Shown in pieces: positions 11,397-23,600 of a stretch of DNA of 64,000 bases. Location: NCBI GenBank assembly GCA_028534125.1, contig CM052821.1, positions 8,618,001 to 8,682,000 on the forward strand, in the 5' to 3' direction. Source of the DNA: Lama glama (lineage: Eukaryota). Each line of letters opens with the position of its first letter. Positions within the stretch are counted from its first letter, which is position 1. Below the pieces are notes generated by a model. It was not told where the DNA came from and did not search any database. It saw only the letters and a program-made list of their open reading frames with translations. Made by a program: the position numbers and the translations under genes.

Positions 11397-13589
11397 CTGT
11401 GTGCCAGGACAAACAGGGCAATGTTCACCCTTGTGTGTCTTCAGGAGGTTACCTTTGATCTTCTGTTGGTGAAGCAGAACCAGCTGGAGAAATCACTTTT
11501 GGGGCTCCTGCATGGATACAAGTGTCAATGCTGTTGAAAGCAGTATCTTGAATCTCTACCAGCAAAGTGAAATGACGAACAGAAGCCAGTCTTTCCCAAG
11601 ATTTAGATATTTCAAAAATTTATTGATACGGCTATCTTGAAAATTGCTTCCATTCCTCCACTTTCACTCACAAAGGGGGACTTAGCCACAGTGTCCACAG
11701 GGGCTTCAAGCTCTCATATTAAGAACCTGGCCTTAAGAACTGTAGTATTTGCAGAGAATCATGTTCTGTCCTATCCGACACGAACATTTTCTATGAATGA
11801 AGGCGGCAGCTACTTCTCTGCGTGTGATTTTCAAGTTATCACTAAGAAAAGAACCTCCCTCTCCCTCACCATCCCTAAATAACACCTCAGACTGATGCCC
11901 GAGGTTTCTTTCATGATCAGGGACAACTCTTTTCATTTGAATTCTAGATCATAAGCATAAAAGCATTTTAAAGCATAAAAATAAGTCACACTTGCAGCCA
12001 CTCTTATGAAGGGAAGATGTTGGCTTCATTGAATCCTACTGTATAAAAGACTGATGCCAGATTTAGAATATTGGGTGAGAGCAGGAAAAGACTATAGGGA
12101 AAGACAGGGAGGTTGATCATGGAGGGGTAGGAGATGTAAAATGAGGATTTCAGAAGTGTTTTAGATAAGCACCCGTGTCACCATTTTACCAACAGACACC
12201 ATATCCATGACATGCCTGGATCAATTTCTCTTACAAAAAGATGAAGCAGGATATTGGGTATGTTTATGAATTTATGGCTTTCAGGAGGTTCATTAAATTC
12301 AATATCTTCTCTAATTCAGCTGTTAATACAGAAAATCACAGGTTTATTTCACTGATTTAGGAGTAAGCCCAAAGTTAAAAGGAACTGATGGAGATATTAT
12401 GTTAGTTACCTGATCTCGCTCAAGGATCAGCTATTTGAGAGCATAAAATAAAGAGATTCTTTAGGTATCTGTCAAAGAACCTTGCTTACATTGACTGCTT
12501 AAAAATGTTTCTGGAATAAAGAAATGAGTGAAGGGTGTGTGTGGAGGGTCAGGCTGGACAGGGTGACTTGAGTGGGTTGAGGGGCAACAGTCAGACCCTA
12601 GGTGCAGGGGGAGGAATCTGAACCTGGGAGAAGAATATCAGCTCCGGAGGCAGGAAGGACCAAAAGCAAGCTTCATCCACTCGAAATGATTGTCAGAGCT
12701 GTCCCCTCCTGTGCTCCTTCGCACTATGCACAGTGTCTCCATGGTTACTAGATATGAGGGTGATGTTAATAACAGAAAAAAAATCTACTGCAGTTCTTCC
12801 AACTGGTGTACTGAGCAAGCAGATAAATAAGTACCTCAAAACAGTGCAATATCTATCTCTGATGTCCGCATTTCAATTCCAGGCTTTGGCTTTTTGCAAT
12901 CTTTCGGAATCCTAAAGCAAGAGGATTTATGTTTAGATTTTAAAGTGTCATTTTCCTCAGCTGTTAAGCAGGGAGGGAAGAAAGACCTTTCTGAGAAGGT
13001 GTCCAAAGCAGTTGTACAAATGCACCATTTGGAGAAACAGATGTCAGAGTCTCATCCAGGAGAGATGATCTGCCAAGGAGTAGGATAGTTTAGGGATGAG
13101 GAATGGGTGGATCAGGAGCCTCCTGCTTTAGGACTAATGGAATGGATCATGAAGTGGCAGGAGGTGGAGGTGGGGGAGAGAATAAGCAGCAGAGTTAAAA
13201 CACACACAGAACTTTACAGGTAGAAAAATAGGTGGAATACCAGAAAATCAGAGACGACATTACCATTCTCCTGGCTCTTCTGGGAAGAGGCAGCTCCATA
13301 TGTTCCATCCTTGCCATCATGGCTAGGCAAGTCATAGGTAAAGTCTCCCTGCAAGAGAACGTCTGTCACAGGAGTCTGACCCTTTACAGAGTAGGTAGCT
13401 TTTTCTCTTTGCTGTCAACTAATTTAGGATGTTCGAATAGCTCAAGCCCTGGAGGCACTGGGTATGCCGCAGTATCGGGATAGTCCCCTGAATAACTAAG
13501 CCCAGAGTGGGGTCACGCTGGAACGCAGGACCCAGTATAGAAAGGCAAGGACAATTTCCCCAAAACTCGTACAGCAGGCAAATATTTTG

Positions 13590-14210
13590 TGAAAAGCTTC
13601 TCGCATGATCTCAGGTGCAGTAATGTGCCTTCTCTTTGTCTCCTCTGTGGTTCTGAACACTCTTTTAAGAGCATGGTTTTAGGAAATCACTCTAATGGAA
13701 CCAATCAGGAGGTGATTTGCTTAGGCAGCCGTGGGCTGCGTTGGGCACCCAGGGGCAGCGGGGCCACTGCTCTGTATTCCCTGAAGTCCCAGCCTGAAGC
13801 CAAGCTCTGGACTCACTAAGTACACAGTTTCCAGTTAACCAGAAAGTTGCACTTAGTAGGAGGCACAAGAGATTCTCTCTAGAGCAGTATTTGGAGTTTC
13901 TGAAGTAAGGCAATTATTTAAAACCTAGAAGAGAATTCTTATTAGGCTTGGGGTGGCGCTAAGAAAAGGAGAAAGGGAGAATAATACAGAGATTTAAAGA
14001 AATATTTATTTGCTGAGAAATGGACAGTTTCCTCAGGCAAGATGGAGCTGAGAATGCCCTTAAGGAATTGTCACGGGAACTGAGCTATGACACAATGCTG
14101 ATCTCCAGGTCTTTTTTGAGTGTACATTTGAGTTTTCCTTATTTTCACAACAGGATTGTCTATTATAACAACTAAATAAGAGGAGATAACTCTTACCTTG
14201 AGAAAATTAT
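13590..14210 (-). promoter_or_regulatory. Candidate OR promoter / 5'UTR exon block conserved between the two duplicated units
   Basis: A well-conserved non-coding block relative to 23555-24160. It carries ccaatcag, the O/E(EBF)-like site cacccagggg (paralogue cacccaaggga) and a minus-strand donor AAG|GTAAGA at ~14195. Confidence 0.4.
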
Positions 14211-15269
14211 TGAGCTTTAAGAGTTTCCATTGTAAGCATATAGTGAAACTTGAAAAGAGTTTGTTAAAGAGTAATGATTCAAGTATATAATCAGTTATTT
14301 TAAATAAATCCTATAATGGGATTATAAAATGTCTAAAGTCAAAAATTTTTATTCCTTACTTGAGGCAAAAGAGTCACCAACACTTTAATGCAATTTATGT
14401 GTATGTAACAAACACAGGAGATTTACTCAAATTAGCCTACGTGATGCAAACATCAATAAAAAATTTATTTAGTCTCCATTTCTTCAGTAAAGAGTGAGTG
14501 CCAGGCACTGAGAGAGATGTGAGAGGTTCCAGAACGAACAAGATGTGCTCTTGCTCATCCTCTTAAGTCCTCCTAGGTGAAAGTAGGCATTGTCTTTAAA
14601 GGTCATCCTTTGAGAGAGGCTAAATCCAGACTCAGATGACTGCTTCATGTCTGACGGCATGTCAACAAATAAATATATTAATTCTAGAAAGCAAACGTTA
14701 CCTTTTGTAATAAAAGCCAATTTCGTATGATTTTTGTGGGGTTGGGGAAATATTGATCTTTTACTGGCATTGCATCTGAAAACATGAGTATAAATAAGGT
14801 AAGAGCCATTATCATTTGTGGCCATTTAGGACCTGACATGAGTGAGTGAGAGACAGACCCGTCTTACTGGTTGACCAGTAGTGATTTCGTGTCGCCTTCT
14901 TGGTTGTCTGGGAAGAGAAGGGCATACGTGAGCGGCACTAGAACTTCTCAAGCCGCCAGCTGATCCAGAACAGTCCTTTCATTTGTTTATGTTTGTATGT
15001 AAGATAAAAAATAATATATTCAGGGCTGAAATATGTTTGAAAACATTTGATCTGGTTTAGCCCTTTATTTTAAATGAACATAATAAAAGTGACGTAGAAG
15101 ATGAGACAGTTGGAGGCAAAGCATGGTTTTCAAGCAGTAAGTTTTTGTGATATTCATAATTTCATTTATGCCGCCAGTCAGGCGCAACCAACAGGACTAT
15201 GAGAATTTTATACTCTTATCAATGAGAAAAATGTATGAGAATGACATAATGGAGAATAGGTTTCATGGA

Positions 15270-16020
15270 GTCCTTGGTTCATAGTAGGTATTTTAATATT
15301 TGTTATGTAAAGGTACGAATAAACATACTCTACTTTGTATATGCTGCACTTGAGATATATGTGTCACATGTGGTACGATGTGTGAGTCTATGGTCAGGAG
15401 GTTAGTTTGGACAAAAGATACAGATTAGAGAGTCATAACCATATAAGTGGTCATTAAAACCATGGTGGTGAATAGACTGATCCCAAGAAAGACTGTTTAC
15501 GGAAAAGGAAGCTTCCCAAAGACAGAACTGTGGAATAGCATCACTTATAGAGATAGTAAGGAAGGGGAAACTGCAAATAGACTGAGGTGGGGTTGTCTTT
15601 AGATCCAGGGGTGACACTTAGAGGATCCAAAACCAGAGTCACCAGAGAAAGAAAAGGATCAGTAATACTGTCAAACTGCATCAGTTACTGATGATAAAGA
15701 CTCAAGGACCTGGAGGCAACGCTTCAGGGATTATCCCTTAACAATAAGTCCATTGATTTACATAAATTTCTACTGCTATTCCACACCCAGATTGCATTAA
15801 GTATCCATCTTCTGATCTCTAGAAGCATCCTGTACATAGCCTGAAATAAAAATCCCACAATTATGATACGGTTACCTGTTTACATATCTGTTGTTTCCAC
15901 TAGACAGTCTGCCTGAAAGCAGAAGCTGTGTCTTCATTCATCTTTGTACCTTGACAGTCCTAGTTGGTGAATCAGTATGTTATGAAGGGATGAGCATGAG
16001 TTTAAAGATAAAAGAGAGAT
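15270..16020. mobile_element. Degenerate L2 fragments
   Basis: L2-like phrases such as tggtcaggaggttagtttggac..agatacagattagagagtcat and atctgttgtttccactagacagtctgcctgaaagcagaagctgtgtc. Confidence 0.55.
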
Positions 16021-16409
16021 AAGGCCGAGGACAACAGAGATGAGAAAGTATAATGATTTTATTTTAAAAGATGGGATGAAATAGCATATTAATACGTATG
16101 GAAAAATGTTTATACTGAACCCAACACCAAGTGCAGTGTGAATGGGAGGAGGAACGAGAACCGCTGGTAGATCAAAACAGTGAAGGAGAAAAAGGAGTTT
16201 AGGGATGACTTCCCACCTTCTGGGCTTAAGTGCACCTGAATTGTAGTAGCCCAACCTCCATTCTCCGATCAGCCCATTACCTGGGTATAAACAATCCAGT
16301 CCCTCGGTCACAAATGACAAGTCTAGGAGTGGAGATTAGACTTAACCAGTCTCACATTTCTCCCTCTTTATACATAAATATGGTCAGATCTTTTTATTAA
16401 AAAATCAAA

Positions 16410-16562
16410 AATTTAGCACAGGGAAGTATATGAAATATCTTGTAATAACCATAATGGAAAAGAATATGAAAAAAATTTGTATATGTATAATCGAATCACT
16501 TTGATGTACACCCAAAACTAACACAACACTGAAAATCAAATATACTTCAATTAAAAAAAATG
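16410..16562 (+). mobile_element. L1 3' UTR end with A tail
   Basis: tagcacagggaa...gaatcactttgatgtacacccaaaactaacacaacactgaaaatcaaatatacttcaattaaaaaaaa, a cetartiodactyl-type L1 3' terminus. Confidence 0.85.
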
Positions 16563-18548
16563 AAACAAAATTTCTCATCTTGACACCATTTATTGTTACT
16601 TTCCTCTTTCATTCTTTTTCTTTTCTTGCTTTCATTCTTTTTAATACTAAATTCCTTGACAGTGTGATCTAAATTAACTGTTTTATTTTATATCTTCCTA
16701 CTTACTCAGCACCCTGATATCTGGCTTCCACCCCACCACTGCTGCCACTGGTATTACTTATACGTATTTCTGGAATGAGAGACTATTTTATAGCATGAGG
16801 AACTGGTCGGTGGGGGTAGATGGCCCAGGATTAATTAGCTCAAACCAGTTCTCAAGACAAATTACTGACAAGTCCATCTAAATAAATGTGAATTTGCCTA
16901 AAATCTCCACTGCCAAATTTAGATTTCACATATAATGGGATGGTTTCATTCCCTTTGGTGACATAAACAATCCTTTCTTAAATATATCACTTTATTGAGG
17001 TATGACTGACATAAAAAAAGTTTATACATATTTAATGTATACAACTTCATGAGTTTGGAGATAAGTATACTCTTGTGAAGCNNNNNNNNNNNNNNNNNNN
17101 NNNNNNNNNNNNNNNNNNNNNNNNNNNNNNNNNNNNNNNNNNNNNNNNNNNNNNNNNNNNNNNNNNNNNNNNNNNNNNNNNNNNNNNNNNNNNNNNNNNN
17201 NNNNNNNNNNNNNNNNNNATTGATAAGCTACCAGTTAAGTCTGATGCAGAAACTTATTCCAGTCACTTAATTACAAGCTCAGTGAAATTTCATAATTCCT
17301 CAGTCATACATGGTTTAAAATTATTCACATTTTCACCTTCATGTCTGTTGTCACAGGTAATGTTATGCTTTGTGCAGGCACCCACTGTGGTGTTTGTGAC
17401 GGGGCATCTACTCCACATCAGTGGCTTCCTTAGTCCTCTACCAGCCTCCTGCTCCACATAGGACCCATCCCTTCTTGGCTTTAGGTATGTCTCACTCCCT
17501 GCTGGCAATCTATGTGTCTTTAATCCTCCTCATCCAGTTGTTGGCAATATCGACCACGCTGAATCCTCTGATTCAACTCCTTATTCCACTCGTGGTACAC
17601 TTCGCTGGTCACTAGCGCTCTCACTATAAGGTAATATCCAGCACCTCTAGCGGAAACACAGAAATCTTCTTCTATCCTCCCGTGCCATTCTAAGTCCAAG
17701 AGAAACTCAGGAAATTGTCTCCTATCTACTTAGATCTACATGGGAAATAAAGTTTTAACTTGTTTTACAAGTCTTTCAGTATGTGTTAGAGTGTAAATGA
17801 AGGTGATTGTTGAGTTAGGGGACATTATTCTCTATTCTATGAGCAAATCGTAAGAATTTTAAAGTGTTATTAGAAGTGATGTCATTATTATAAGCCTCTT
17901 AATTTGGTAACAGCTGCAGTGATTTGTAAGAAAAGACTGCTCCTGTGTTGACCCCAGGAATGGTTGTTTAGGTCATCTACGTAGTCAGTTCAGGGCTTCC
18001 TTCAGGTCTAGAGGAAGAAAGGGAATACGGTTTAGTGCCCGGTAAAATATCTCTTCTAAGAAGCCTCTCCTGGGTCTGTTGGCTGCACATGGGGTTGAGG
18101 CATCCACTGAGAAAACAGCAGAGGCTCAGTTCAGACTCTGCAAAATGTGGAGGCAAGTGCTCAGGAGCAGTAAGAGCAGCAGTCAGGGAACAAGGAACAC
18201 AGAGTTCAATAGATAGGTGTACCCAAAGAATGTAGAAAGTTTGTTGTGACCCACTAGAAAAATTATTTCCTTAGTTCAACTTTATTTTTTGTCAAAATTT
18301 ATAAAACTCGATCTCCATCTTTGTGGGGTTTTTGTTGTTGTTGTTGTTAGTTAAGAGGTCTTGAAGACTGATTTATTTGTGATGGCCTCACTGTAAGGAG
18401 ATGTAACACCATCAGCAGAAGCTTGTATCTTCCAAGTGGAGTGTGAGAGCAGCTGAATTACCAAGAAGGCTGAATTCACACTCAGCAAATCTGCATTAAA
18501 TTCAGGGAATATAATTCTCGCAATTATACTGAGTAAATGTGACTTAGT

Positions 18549-19487
18549 TCACCACTTGAAATATTGCAAATATTTCCCCAGTGTCCTTTTCACAGCTGTC
18601 TTTACCTCCTTGTTTTTGAGGCTGTAGATGAGGGGATTCAGCAGGGGTGTGATCACACTGTACTGTATGGAGAAGAGTAAAATAAGGGAGGAACCAGAGG
18701 GAGGCATGAGATAGCGAAGCATCCCTGAGCCGAAGAACAGGATCACTGCAATGAGGTGGGAGGAGCAGGTGGAGAAGGCCTTGCTTCTGCCTGCAGTGGA
18801 GCTGATGCTCAGGATGTTGAGTATAATATGGACATAGGAGAAGAAGATTGGGAGGAAGTTTCCAAACCCAAGGAATATAGTGGATAATGACAAGATACTG
18901 ATACTGATGGAGATATCAGAGCAAGACAGAGGGAAGAGGGAGGGCAGCTCACACATGTAGTGGTGTATGGTTTGAGCATCACAGAAGTCCAGGTTAATAG
19001 CCAAAAGCTCAATGATGACTGCATTGAGAGAGGCCAGACCCCATGAGATCAACACCAGCCTCACACAGAGCTGGTGGCTCATCACTTGGCCATAGACCAG
19101 CGGGTGGCAGATGGCGGCATAGCGGTCATAGGCCATGGCAGAGAGCAGACACGCTTCATTCCCTGGACCGAGGAACACGAAGAAGATCTGGGCCAGACAA
19201 CCTTCTACCGAGATGGTTTTCTGCTCAGATAGGAGGTCCTTCAGTAGCTTAGGCACAGCGACACAAGATAAATAGAGGTCCACGAATGATAGATGACTCA
19301 GAAAGAAGTACATGGGTGTGTGGAGGTGGGAGTCAGCCCTGATCACCAGCATCATTGTCAGGTTCCCCATCATTGTCAAGATATAAAACACTAGGAAGAG
19401 CACAAAGAGCAGAGCCTCGATGTGGGGTTCATCAGACAGCCCAGTGAGAATAAACTCGGTGATGGTGCTGTGGTTCCTCAAGGCCAC
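18549..19487 (-). CDS. Olfactory receptor, OR8S subfamily (paralogue B); full 7TM ORF but the canonical ATG is replaced by GTG
   Basis: 312 uninterrupted codons with MAYDRYAAICHPLVY, KAFSTCSSHL and PLLNPLIYSLKN. The codon at 19487-19485 is GTG where paralogue A has ATG. The ORF-track start at 19532 is also a GTG. Confidence 0.85.
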   Translation of the reverse strand: MALRNHSTITEFILTGLSDEPHIEALLFVLFLVFYILTMMGNLTMMLVIRADSHLHTPMYFFLSHLSFVDLYLSCVAVPKLLKDLLSEQKTISVEGCLAQIFFVFLGPGNEACLLSAMAYDRYAAICHPLVYGQVMSHQLCVRLVLISWGLASLNAVIIELLAINLDFCDAQTIHHYMCELPSLFPLSCSDISISISILSLSTIFLGFGNFLPIFFSYVHIILNILSISSTAGRSKAFSTCSSHLIAVILFFGSGMLRYLMPPSGSSLILLFSIQYSVITPLLNPLIYSLKNKEVKTAVKRTLGKYLQYFKW

Positions 19488-20598
19488 TTGTGGAGGGTCT
19501 ATCTGTGGAGTACAACAGAGCAATGAGATCACCTGTGGCTGTTCCTCTCTCCTTCAGTATATCATCACTTCTAATCATCCCTCCCTGGTCATCCTGGATG
19601 CTGGGTCCTGGATGCTTGAATTATTATAATTCAAAGTTATCCTCACTGATGTCAGTAGAAATTTAGAAATTTTATCTTGTTTTGTTATTATTGATCTTGG
19701 GTTATAGTCTTCACACACTTCAGAGAGTCCTACACCTTTTCCATGGGGATTTAATTGGAGAAATAAATGTATATGGCTTATCTACGCATAGATGGATGAT
19801 ATGTAATTTCAGCTGGATTCTTCTTATAGTTTAGAAATTCTTATAGTCATTCAGTTTTGAAAAACATTATAGCACATATCTTCAAAAGTTGTTCTAAACC
19901 TTCTCTCAGCTCCACATTTCTCAATTATTATTTCTTTTTTCATAGTCACCCAATAGCTTTTAAAGTTAACAGTATATTAATTTTTAGTAAGGTTTTTGCA
20001 TGTAGGGTCTTTTTTAGATCACTGTTTCAAGTTGTTCCCCCTGGGCATTTATGATTTATTTTGGCAGGCACTCATGTCCATTTTACTCGTGGGAAAACTG
20101 ATATTCATGGAGATTTTGTAGTGTCATGTTGAGAAACAGTGTTTGAGCCAGGAAATAAATTCAACCGTTTTTTTCTAAATCAGTTCTCCACTTGGTGCAC
20201 AGCATTATAGACTGTTTTTCCTACGCTTACAGTTGGAGTCCTTCATTTTCCCTTAATCTTTCAATCGTTTAGTTTGCCTCTGATACCAGATAGGTTTATA
20301 TTATTCTGTGAGTGTGCTCACAGTGTTTTCTACTTCAAAAGTCCTCTTTCTTAATTCAGCTAATCCAAATTCTCACGGGCCTTCCAGCCTCAGCTTCCCT
20401 CTTGTGAAGTGTGTGTTGACTGATCTCTCCTCTAAATCCACAGCTCTCTATCCAAACACTGGGTTCCTTGCGTCATGTCATAGTCTGAACTTTGCTTTTA
20501 TTCTCATTTAATGTTAAGCATGTATCTCAGTTTTCCCTCTAGACTGTGAACTGCTTGAGAACACGGACCCCCATCTAACAAGAACAACCGTAACTCAC

Positions 20599-20625
20599 CA
20601 TTTCTTTGACTTCCTTTCTGAACAT
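20599..20625 (-). CDS. Candidate upstream coding mini-exon (MFRKEVKEM) for OR paralogue B
   Basis: The minus strand reads ATG TTC AGA AAG GAA GTC AAA GAA ATG|GTGAGT. This phase-0 donor matches the phase-0 acceptor ctgttgtactccacag|ATA GAC CCT CCA CAA GTG GCC at 19502. There is no transcript evidence. Confidence 0.45.
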
Positions 20626-23600
20626 TCTGTGTTAGCTTCAGATTAGGCCTTTCAGATGATTCTGAAACTTCCCACATGACATCTCACGTGTGCCTCAGAC
20701 AAGAAAGCTCTTGACAACTCCAGTCACAATCTCCTTCTTTCACTTCACTGTTTCCAATAGCACTGAAGCCTGGCAGAAGTGTTGCTGACGTTGCTGTCCA
20801 TCAGTGGTGCCATGCTACCTACCCAGGATGCACTGGGCTGCTGCTGCTGAATTTCAAGGATGCTACTATCTACATGGATCACGTTATCTTATGTCACTGC
20901 AGACTCTCTGATGAGATCTCATTATTCTTTTTTTAAAGAATGCACAGGCCTTTTGCCATCATGTAAGAAGCTCCTTATAGTTTTGGTGTGGATGCACTAT
21001 TCTTTTGTTGTTCTATAAGGGTCAGAGTGAAATATCACTATAGTTTTCTCTTAATCATATCTTTTATCCTCAGTCTCATTTAGGTGTCCAAGAGGATCAG
21101 GATGGTGAGCAGCACATATGAGAAGGGATACTATACCTAGAATAATTTTGAATCCTAATTTATAGTTCTACAAAGTAGGTCATGTCCTATTTATGAAAAC
21201 TACTGCATGACTTGGACATTTTCAACTAACTTACCAGTCTTCTGCTTCTGTTTGACACTCTGCTATCTGACTCAAAGTAGACTTCTGAACTTACAAAATT
21301 TTTTCCCCCTCCTTTTTCGGTTGTATTAGGTAGAACTATTATAGTTGGACTGCACGTACACATTATATTGCATGTAAATACATATATACAGTATACTGCA
21401 CATTTTTGTAGTTTACATGTATGTACTAATGATTGTTTCTAAGAACAGATTAGATCTTTAGCTTTTTAAACTTACATAGTTATCAAAGGAATAAAGCCAA
21501 CTACAAAATAATTTTAAAACTGTTTTTTTTTCAGAGTACCTGTTTCTGGCCATTCTATCCTTGCAAATGATCTATGACCCCAAATTAAATAATCAAAAGA
21601 AGCTTAAATTCTGATCACATTAACAAGCCTATCAATTTAAGCTTCAGCTCATCTTACCCAAATCTAAGTTACCCGTGGGCCTGGACAAATAGGGTAATGT
21701 TCACTTTTCTGTCCCTCCAGGACTTTGATGTAGTGATGCAGAAGCATAAGCCGCTGGAGGATTTACTGCTGAGGATCCTGCATGGATAAATTTGTAAATG
21801 CTGTTGAAAGCAAAACTTTTTCATGAAGTTTATAAAAGCAAATTAAAATAATAAGTTTTGAACTTATTTCTTTTGCGGAGCTTTGATGTTTTTATGTATT
21901 TTAATTATTTGGGTTTTTAAAGCTACCCTGAAAATTGCTTCTTTTTTTCCACTTTGACTCACTGGGACACCTGACTACAGTGGCCATGACAAGGTCAGGC
22001 TTTCACATTAAGTGAGATTAGTTGTGGAATCTCTTATATTTCTTCAGCGCAGTATTTCTGGAGAATCCTCTTTCTCTCTTATCCTACCCCCACATTTGGT
22101 GTGTATGAAGACGTTACCTGTATCCTGTGATCTGCACGGTATCACAGAGCAGGGAGTCCAGCCACCCTGCTCATCTTAGAGAACCTCACACAGATGTGAT
22201 GGATTTCTTTAAACACTAGTATAAAGTCTTGCAATTCAATTCTAGATCAAGTCATTAGGGGATAAATCTGAGTTTTCATTTACTTATGGAATAGAAAGTA
22301 TTGGCTTCACTTCATACAGTCTTATGACACTGAGTCAGATTCATATAAGTGTGAGAACAGAAGAAATCGTGGAAAGTGAACAATGGAGCAGTAGATCACA
22401 GCAAAGGGAAAACAGCTGTGAAAAGGGGATTTTAGAGGTGTTCTAGACAAGCCTTGACCACAGTGGTTGTTTAAAGACATTTTTGAAATGAATAAATGCA
22501 TTAATGGTGTCTGTGGGATGTTAGCCTTTACACGCTGGCTAAAGGGACCCTGAGTACTGAGGGTCAATATTTAGACTTTAGGGGCAAGAGGGAGAAATTT
22601 GATCAACAGAGAAAGATAGCAGTGCTGGAAGGATGAAGGGACTAAAGACAAATTCATCCACTTGTAATTATTCTCCTAGCTGTCCACTCCTGTGTTCCCT
22701 CGCATTTTTCATACCGCCTCCGTGGGAACCAGATCTGTTTAACTTACAGAATATGTTTACTGACACCACTCTAAAGGAATTCTGGCCAATTAGGGGAATA
22801 ATTAGCTCCAGAAATCCAGTATCTATCTCTGATACCCTTATTTCATTCTGGGCGCCAGCTTTCTGCAGTGAGAGGATTTATGCCTAGGTTGTAAGGTGTC
22901 CCAGTCCCCAGTGTTATACAGGGAGGAATGAGAGACCTTTCTGATTTACTTTGCAGGGCAGCTGGAACAGATGCATCTTTGGAAGAGTGAGATATCTGGT
23001 CCGTTCAAGGAGAGGAGGTGGCATGCCAAGGAGTGGGAAGTTACCATTCCAGCCCAGGGGGAATGGAGTATAGTGGGATCTTCTGACTTTAGAATGAATG
23101 GAATGCATCACAAAGTGGCAGTGGTTAGGAGTGGAGAAGAGGACAAACAGCAGATTAAAGCACACACAAAACTTCCCAGGGAGAAAAATATGGGGACATC
23201 AGAAAAATCAAGGAAGATATTACCATTTTTTGATTTTTCTGGAGGGAAGCAGCTCCTGAGTCTTCTGTCTTTCATGTCACAGGCTGACACATCAGTGGTA
23301 AAGTCCCCCAGAAGAGCACCTGTCACAGGACTTTCACACTCAACATATCAGATTTTTTCTTTGCTGTCAATGAGTGCAGGGCATTCGAGAGGTTCAAGCT
23401 CTAGAAGCACTGGAAATGTCACTGATTCAGGATTATTCTTCTTTATATCTTAACTTAGAGTGGTCTCATTCTGCAATGCAGACCACTATATGGAAAGACA
23501 AAAACAATCTCCCTAAAGAAGCTCAAATTCTGCACAACTGGCTTATATTTCTTTAAAATCTTCTCACATGATATCAAGTGCAGTGATGTGCCTTCTTTTC

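Larger units (their letters stand above)
8272..14980. repeat. Tandem segmental duplication, copy 1 (OR plus ~5.8 kb of upstream DNA); copy 2 is ~18549-25000
   Basis: Collinear homologous blocks at ~10 kb offset: 10450/20530, 10705/20770, 11640/21930, 12715/22705, 13590-14120/23555-24075 and 14560-14980/24550-25000. Confidence 0.9.

Noticed and set aside
19488-19532. ORF-track N-terminus MISLLCCTPQ for OR paralogue B
   Set aside because: It starts at GTG, not ATG, and runs through a polypyrimidine tract and acceptor, so it is probably intronic.
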